Below, piece after piece: positions 59,486-64,000 of a stretch of DNA of 64,000 bases. Below the pieces are notes generated by a model, which was not told where the DNA came from, ran no database searches, and saw only the letters and a program-made list of their open reading frames with translations. The first letter of the stretch is position 1. Each line of letters starts with the position of its first letter. Source of the stretch: Prochlorococcus sp. AG-355-B18 (GTDB taxonomy: Bacteria; Cyanobacteriota; Cyanobacteriia; PCC-6307; Cyanobiaceae); NCBI GenBank assembly GCA_003280965.1, contig QCDI01000007.1, forward strand, positions 1 to 64,000, read 5' to 3'. A program made the translations under genes and the position numbers.

Positions 59486-61780
59486 TTAATCCAAAGATAA
59501 AGCATTAATTACAACTGTAATAGAGCTAATAGCCATCAATAATGCTGCTATTGAGGGAGTTAAAAGAATACCGTATTTAGGGAATAAAATGCCGGCGGCT
59601 AAAGGTATAGCTAGTAAGTTGTAACCAAAGGCCCATGTTAGATTTTGCTTTATTTTTCTTATAGTTTTTTTTGCAAGTTTTAAGGCGTAGGGTAATCCAC
59701 TTAATTTATCTCCCATTAATACTACATCTGCATTTGCCTTGGCTATTTGAGTCCCTGATCCTACCGCAATTCCTAAGTCTGAGGATGCTAAGGCTGGGAC
59801 ATCATTAATACCATCACCAATCATTGCTACTTTATTATTAATTTTTAAATTTTCTATAGTCTTTAGCTTCATTTCAGGAAGAAGATCCCATTTTACTTCT
59901 GCTTCTTTACACCCAATTTTTTTTGCTAAAGCTAAAACTGTTTGTTTCCTATCGCCACTTAAAATGTTAATTTTAAATTTGTTTTCTCTCAAATTTTGAA
60001 CTGTATTAATAGAATCATCTCTGAGTAAATCTCCAAGTAAAATAAATCCTAATAACTTATCTTTGATACTTACTCCAATGATAGTGTTCGTTTTTGTTTC
60101 TTCATTTTCAATGACTTTTTTTGCATCACTATCAATAATTATTCCTTTGTTTAGTAGCCATTCAATATTTCCAATATTAATAAGTCCATCAATTGACTCA
60201 AGTTCTCCAGAAATACCTCGCCCTGAATGAGTGAAAATTTTTTTTATTGGAAATAAAGTTAAATTTTGCTTTTTTGCCTCTTGAATTAAGGCATCTGCGA
60301 TAGGATGTCTGCTTTCTTTTTCTAAACTGGCAGCTATTTTTAATAAAAATGCATGATCATCATTATTTTTGTAATCAACAATAAAAGGCTTACCTTTTGT
60401 TAAAGTGCCTGTCTTGTCAAAAATAATGTGATTAATTTTCGAAGCCATCTCTATTTTATCCCCGCCTTTAAATAAAACTCCTTTTTTTGCTGCTTTACCT
60501 GATGCGACAGTGATTACTGTTGGGGTGGCTAAACCTAATGCACAAGGACAGGCTATCACTAAAACGGCAATTGATAATTGAATTGCTAAACTCAGGAAAT
60601 TCTCTGCATTACTACCAAGCGAACTATGAAGTGTATGGTTTGAGTGAGTGATTAATTCATGCTTGTGATTTAATAAATCAGGCCATATGTTTATTGCCCC
60701 TTTCCACCAAAAGAAGAAGGTTGAAGTAGCAAAAATAAGTACAAAGTAAGTAAATTTACCTGCAATTTCATCAGCAATGCTTTGAATGCGAGGTTTGCTA
60801 GCGTTTACAGACTCAATAAGATTTACAAGTTTTGCAAGAGAAGAATCTCCTCCAACCTTTTGTACTTTAAGTCTAAGAGTTGAATTAAGATTTAAAGACC
60901 CACTAGATAGATTTTCGCCTTCTTTTACTTCTATAGGTTTGGATTCACCAGTAATATGTGAAACATCAACATATGAATTACCTCGGGTAACAATGCAGTC
61001 AGCAGGTACTCTGTCTCCTGCTAAAACTTGAATCTCTTGCTCAGGTCTTAAAGTGTTCACTCTTATTGACTTTATTTGATTGTCTTCTGTGAAGATATTT
61101 GCCATTTCAGGTTGAAGATCTAATAATTCTCCAATGGATGAACCAGTTTGATATTTTGCTCTTTCTTCTAAGTAACGCCCAATCAGTATGAAGCCTAACA
61201 GCATAACTGGCTCATTAAAAAAACAAGGAAAACCAGTGGCAGGAAATATTAAGGATAGAAGACTTGTTGTATATGCGCTAATTACTCCAAGAGCTACTAA
61301 AGAATCCATATCTGGGTGGTTCTTAATAAATGATTTAAATCCATTAATAATTATTCCTCTGCCAGGAAATAATAGAGCTAACGTTGCTAATGAAGCGTGA
61401 AAAAATATATTACCTAATATTGGAAAATTTATATATTTTCCTTCTGCCAGATGACCTAATCCTGAAAATAATAAAAGTAATAGGGCAAAAGTTAGTTTTT
61501 TCCATTGATTATTCCACTTCTTTTTTTTTTCTAATTCTGCTTTATTTATTTTTTTTGAAAAATCATTTATGTAAATCTTTGATGGGAAACCATTCTCTTT
61601 TAGATTTTCGAGAACTGATTCTATTTCTATATGTTTCTGGGTAATTTCAAAATAAGCACTTTCAGTGAGCAAGTTAACAGAAACATTTTCAATACCATCC
61701 GAATTATTCAATATTTTTTCAACAGTACTAACACAACCTCCGCACTTCATTCCTTTAACGCTTAATTGAATGCTCTCCAT
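59486..61780 (-). CDS. Cu-type P1B ATPase (CtaA-like)
   Basis: GMKCGGC, TGES, CPC, DKTGT, HP, GDGIND, YN. Confidence 0.92.
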   Translation of the reverse strand: MESIQLSVKGMKCGGCVSTVEKILNNSDGIENVSVNLLTESAYFEITQKHIEIESVLENLKENGFPSKIYINDFSKKINKAELEKKKKWNNQWKKLTFALLLLLFSGLGHLAEGKYINFPILGNIFFHASLATLALLFPGRGIIINGFKSFIKNHPDMDSLVALGVISAYTTSLLSLIFPATGFPCFFNEPVMLLGFILIGRYLEERAKYQTGSSIGELLDLQPEMANIFTEDNQIKSIRVNTLRPEQEIQVLAGDRVPADCIVTRGNSYVDVSHITGESKPIEVKEGENLSSGSLNLNSTLRLKVQKVGGDSSLAKLVNLIESVNASKPRIQSIADEIAGKFTYFVLIFATSTFFFWWKGAINIWPDLLNHKHELITHSNHTLHSSLGSNAENFLSLAIQLSIAVLVIACPCALGLATPTVITVASGKAAKKGVLFKGGDKIEMASKINHIIFDKTGTLTKGKPFIVDYKNNDDHAFLLKIAASLEKESRHPIADALIQEAKKQNLTLFPIKKIFTHSGRGISGELESIDGLINIGNIEWLLNKGIIIDSDAKKVIENEETKTNTIIGVSIKDKLLGFILLGDLLRDDSINTVQNLRENKFKINILSGDRKQTVLALAKKIGCKEAEVKWDLLPEMKLKTIENLKINNKVAMIGDGINDVPALASSDLGIAVGSGTQIAKANADVVLMGDKLSGLPYALKLAKKTIRKIKQNLTWAFGYNLLAIPLAAGILFPKYGILLTPSIAALLMAISSITVVINALSLD

Positions 61781-61901
61781 ATTTTTTACGATAGAAGCAA
61801 ATTAATGTTTGACTTTATATTTAAGTATAATAATAAATGTAATAGACTTTTTAAATAGTTATTTTTTAAATTACTATATTAATTTCATTAGACTTTGAGC
61901 A

Positions 61902-62423
61902 GTGCCTAGTAATCAAAACAGAGACAATTTTATTGATAAGGCTTTTACTGTAATTGCTGAATCTATTGTAAAAATAATGCCTATCGCTGAGAAAGAAAAA
62001 AAGGCATATATTTATTATAGAGATGGCTTAGCAGCACAAAATAATGGGGATTATTCGGAAGCATTAGAGTATTACAAAGAGAGCTTACTGCTTGAAGAAA
62101 ATAAAATTGATAGGGGTGAGACCTTAAAAAATATGGCTATTATATATATGAGTAACGGTGAAGAGGATTTGTCTATTGAAACTTATGAAAAAGCATTAAT
62201 AGAAAATCCCAAACAGCCATCATGCTTGAAAAATATAGGTTTAATTTATGAAAAAAGGGGAAGATATGCTGAGCAAAATGGTGATTTAGATCAGAGAGAT
62301 ATTTGGTTTGATAAAGCTGCTGAAGTCTGGTCTAAAGCAGTGAGACTTTATCCAGGTGGTTATCTAGATATTGAAAATTGGTTGAAAAACTCAGGCAGAA
62401 GCTCAATTGATATGTACCTTTGA
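61902..62423 (+). CDS. ycf3: Photosystem I assembly protein Ycf3
   Basis: [21 protein letters not shown] repeats. Confidence 0.93.
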   Translation: MPSNQNRDNFIDKAFTVIAESIVKIMPIAEKEKKAYIYYRDGLAAQNNGDYSEALEYYKESLLLEENKIDRGETLKNMAIIYMSNGEEDLSIETYEKALIENPKQPSCLKNIGLIYEKRGRYAEQNGDLDQRDIWFDKAAEVWSKAVRLYPGGYLDIENWLKNSGRSSIDMYL

Positions 62424-62428
62424 TTTTT

Positions 62429-63790
62429 TTATTTTGATAAAGAATAATCAACTGCTTCTTTAATATTAGATATCTCTTTGATATTTATTAAATTTTGAAA
62501 ATTATTATTTAGTTTCTCATCTAGTTTTGGCACTACGATATTTTTAATCCCTAGTCTTACAGCTTCTTCTATCTTTGTCCGAAGGTTATTCGATTTTCTA
62601 ACCTGACCGCTCAAACCCAATTCTCCAATAAATGAGCTACTCGCCAAAGGAGGAATATTTTTCAAACTTGATAAAATTGATATTGCTACACCTAAGTCAG
62701 ATGATGGATCATTAATCTCAAAACCCCCACCAGTAGCAATATAACAATCAAATTCAGATAATTTTATCCCTACGTGTTTTTCAATTACAGCTAGAATTTG
62801 ATGCAATCTATTTATGCTTATTCCAGTTGTAGTTCGTCTTGGGTTACTGTAGAAAGTTTTGTTGACCAGTGCTTGTATATCAACTGCTAATGGTCGAGAG
62901 CCTTCATTTGTAATTGTAGTTGTTACACCTGAAATATTTTCTTTATTTGTAAAAATTGAACTAGGGTTTTTTATCTCTCGTAAACCCTCTTCAAGCATTT
63001 CAAAAAGTCCAATCTCGAAGGTCGATCCAAATCGATTTTTAATACTTCTTAGTAATCTATGTGAGGAAATACTATCTCCTTCAAAGTTAATTACTGTATC
63101 AACTAAATGTTCTAGAGTTTTAGGGCCAGCTAAAGCACCATCTTTGGTTACATGACCGATTATTAGAAGAGCAACATTATTCTCTTTGGCAAGATTTTGC
63201 AATTCAGATGAACATTCTCTAACTTGAGAAACAGATCCTGGAGAACTTTGCATTTCATGATTATGGATGGCTTGAATACTATCAATAATTGCGAAACTTG
63301 GATTGACACGTTTGATCTCTTCAATAATTAGGGATAAATTGGTTTCTGCAAAAATTTTTAAATCAATACTTTTTTGATTTAATCTTTCCCATCTAATTTT
63401 TACTTGTTCTAAAGATTCTTCTGCAGTTATATATAAAACTTTCTCATTAAGAGATATTTTTCCTGCTGATTGAAGAACTATTGTGCTTTTACCTATACCT
63501 GGTTCTCCTCCTAGTAAAACAAAAGATCCAGGTACTATTCCACCTCCAAGCACTCGATCAAATTCTCTAAAACCACTCGTAAATCTTGATATCTTTTTTG
63601 ATGAAATCTCATTAAACGGAATAGATTTTTTATTATTTTTTATATTTTTTATTTCTTGATATTTAGTTCTCTTACTTTTTATTTCTTCAACAATGGAATT
63701 CCATGAGTTGCAATTTAGACATCTACCAAAGTATTGAGAAGTTTCAGATCCGCAATTCTGACAAATAAAAGTAGATAATTTGCTAGACAT
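62429..63790 (-). CDS. radA: DNA repair protein RadA/Sms
   Basis: C4 Zn finger, GEPGIGKST, KNRFG. Confidence 0.95.
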   Translation of the reverse strand: MSSKLSTFICQNCGSETSQYFGRCLNCNSWNSIVEEIKSKRTKYQEIKNIKNNKKSIPFNEISSKKISRFTSGFREFDRVLGGGIVPGSFVLLGGEPGIGKSTIVLQSAGKISLNEKVLYITAEESLEQVKIRWERLNQKSIDLKIFAETNLSLIIEEIKRVNPSFAIIDSIQAIHNHEMQSSPGSVSQVRECSSELQNLAKENNVALLIIGHVTKDGALAGPKTLEHLVDTVINFEGDSISSHRLLRSIKNRFGSTFEIGLFEMLEEGLREIKNPSSIFTNKENISGVTTTITNEGSRPLAVDIQALVNKTFYSNPRRTTTGISINRLHQILAVIEKHVGIKLSEFDCYIATGGGFEINDPSSDLGVAISILSSLKNIPPLASSSFIGELGLSGQVRKSNNLRTKIEEAVRLGIKNIVVPKLDEKLNNNFQNLINIKEISNIKEAVDYSLSK

Positions 63791-63897
63791 TTAGTCTCTA
63801 AATGAATTAATGGAACTAGAATGTTTGGGATATTGCCCCTCTACAAGTTAGATTAGGTTAATAGTAAATTCTCTTACTGATTAGCTAATAGAAACAA

Positions 63898-64000
63898 ATG
63901 GCTCTATCTAGTCAAACTAAAGAAACTATACTTGTCGCAGATGACGAGGCAAGTATTAGAAGAATTCTGGAGACACGTCTCTCCATGATTGGCTACAAAG
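63898..64000 (+). CDS. rpaB: Response regulator RpaB, 5' part (truncated by window end)
   Basis: MALSSQTKETILVADDEASIRRILETRLSMIGY. Confidence 0.88.
   Translation, partial: MALSSQTKETILVADDEASIRRILETRLSMIGYK

Overview
AT-rich picocyanobacterial chromosome, with gene content and order typical of high-light Prochlorococcus (inferred). Positions 1-42.9 kb and 56.0-64.0 kb are core genome: pgm, rarA, bcp, coaX, cysH, ktrAB, nadB, rimO, queD, aroK, rbfA, hemD, zds, ndhO, cysK, rpaA, holB, tmk, a Cu-type ATPase, ycf3, radA and the start of rpaB. A ~13.0-kb integrative element (42963-56005) sits in the 3' end of tRNA-Asn(GTT). It is bounded by a 13-bp att repeat, has TGGTCGTGA arm-type repeats at both ends, and encodes an AlpA-type excisionase coupled to a P4-like tyrosine integrase. 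Its cargo includes a candidate anti-phage cluster: a membrane-anchored Mrr-like nuclease, a GIY-YIG/T5orf172 nuclease, and a coupled three-gene operon of a TM coiled-coil protein, an unknown protein and an Upf1-like helicase-Vsr nuclease. It also carries a serine resolvase operon, a LexA-boxed Cys-rich gene and a CP12-like small protein. The non-coding structure is striking: two perfect TTGACA-17-TATAAT promoters whose leaders share a 24-bp hairpin motif, and a multi-hairpin cloverleaf-like element. All functional calls come from motif recognition only; no searches were run.
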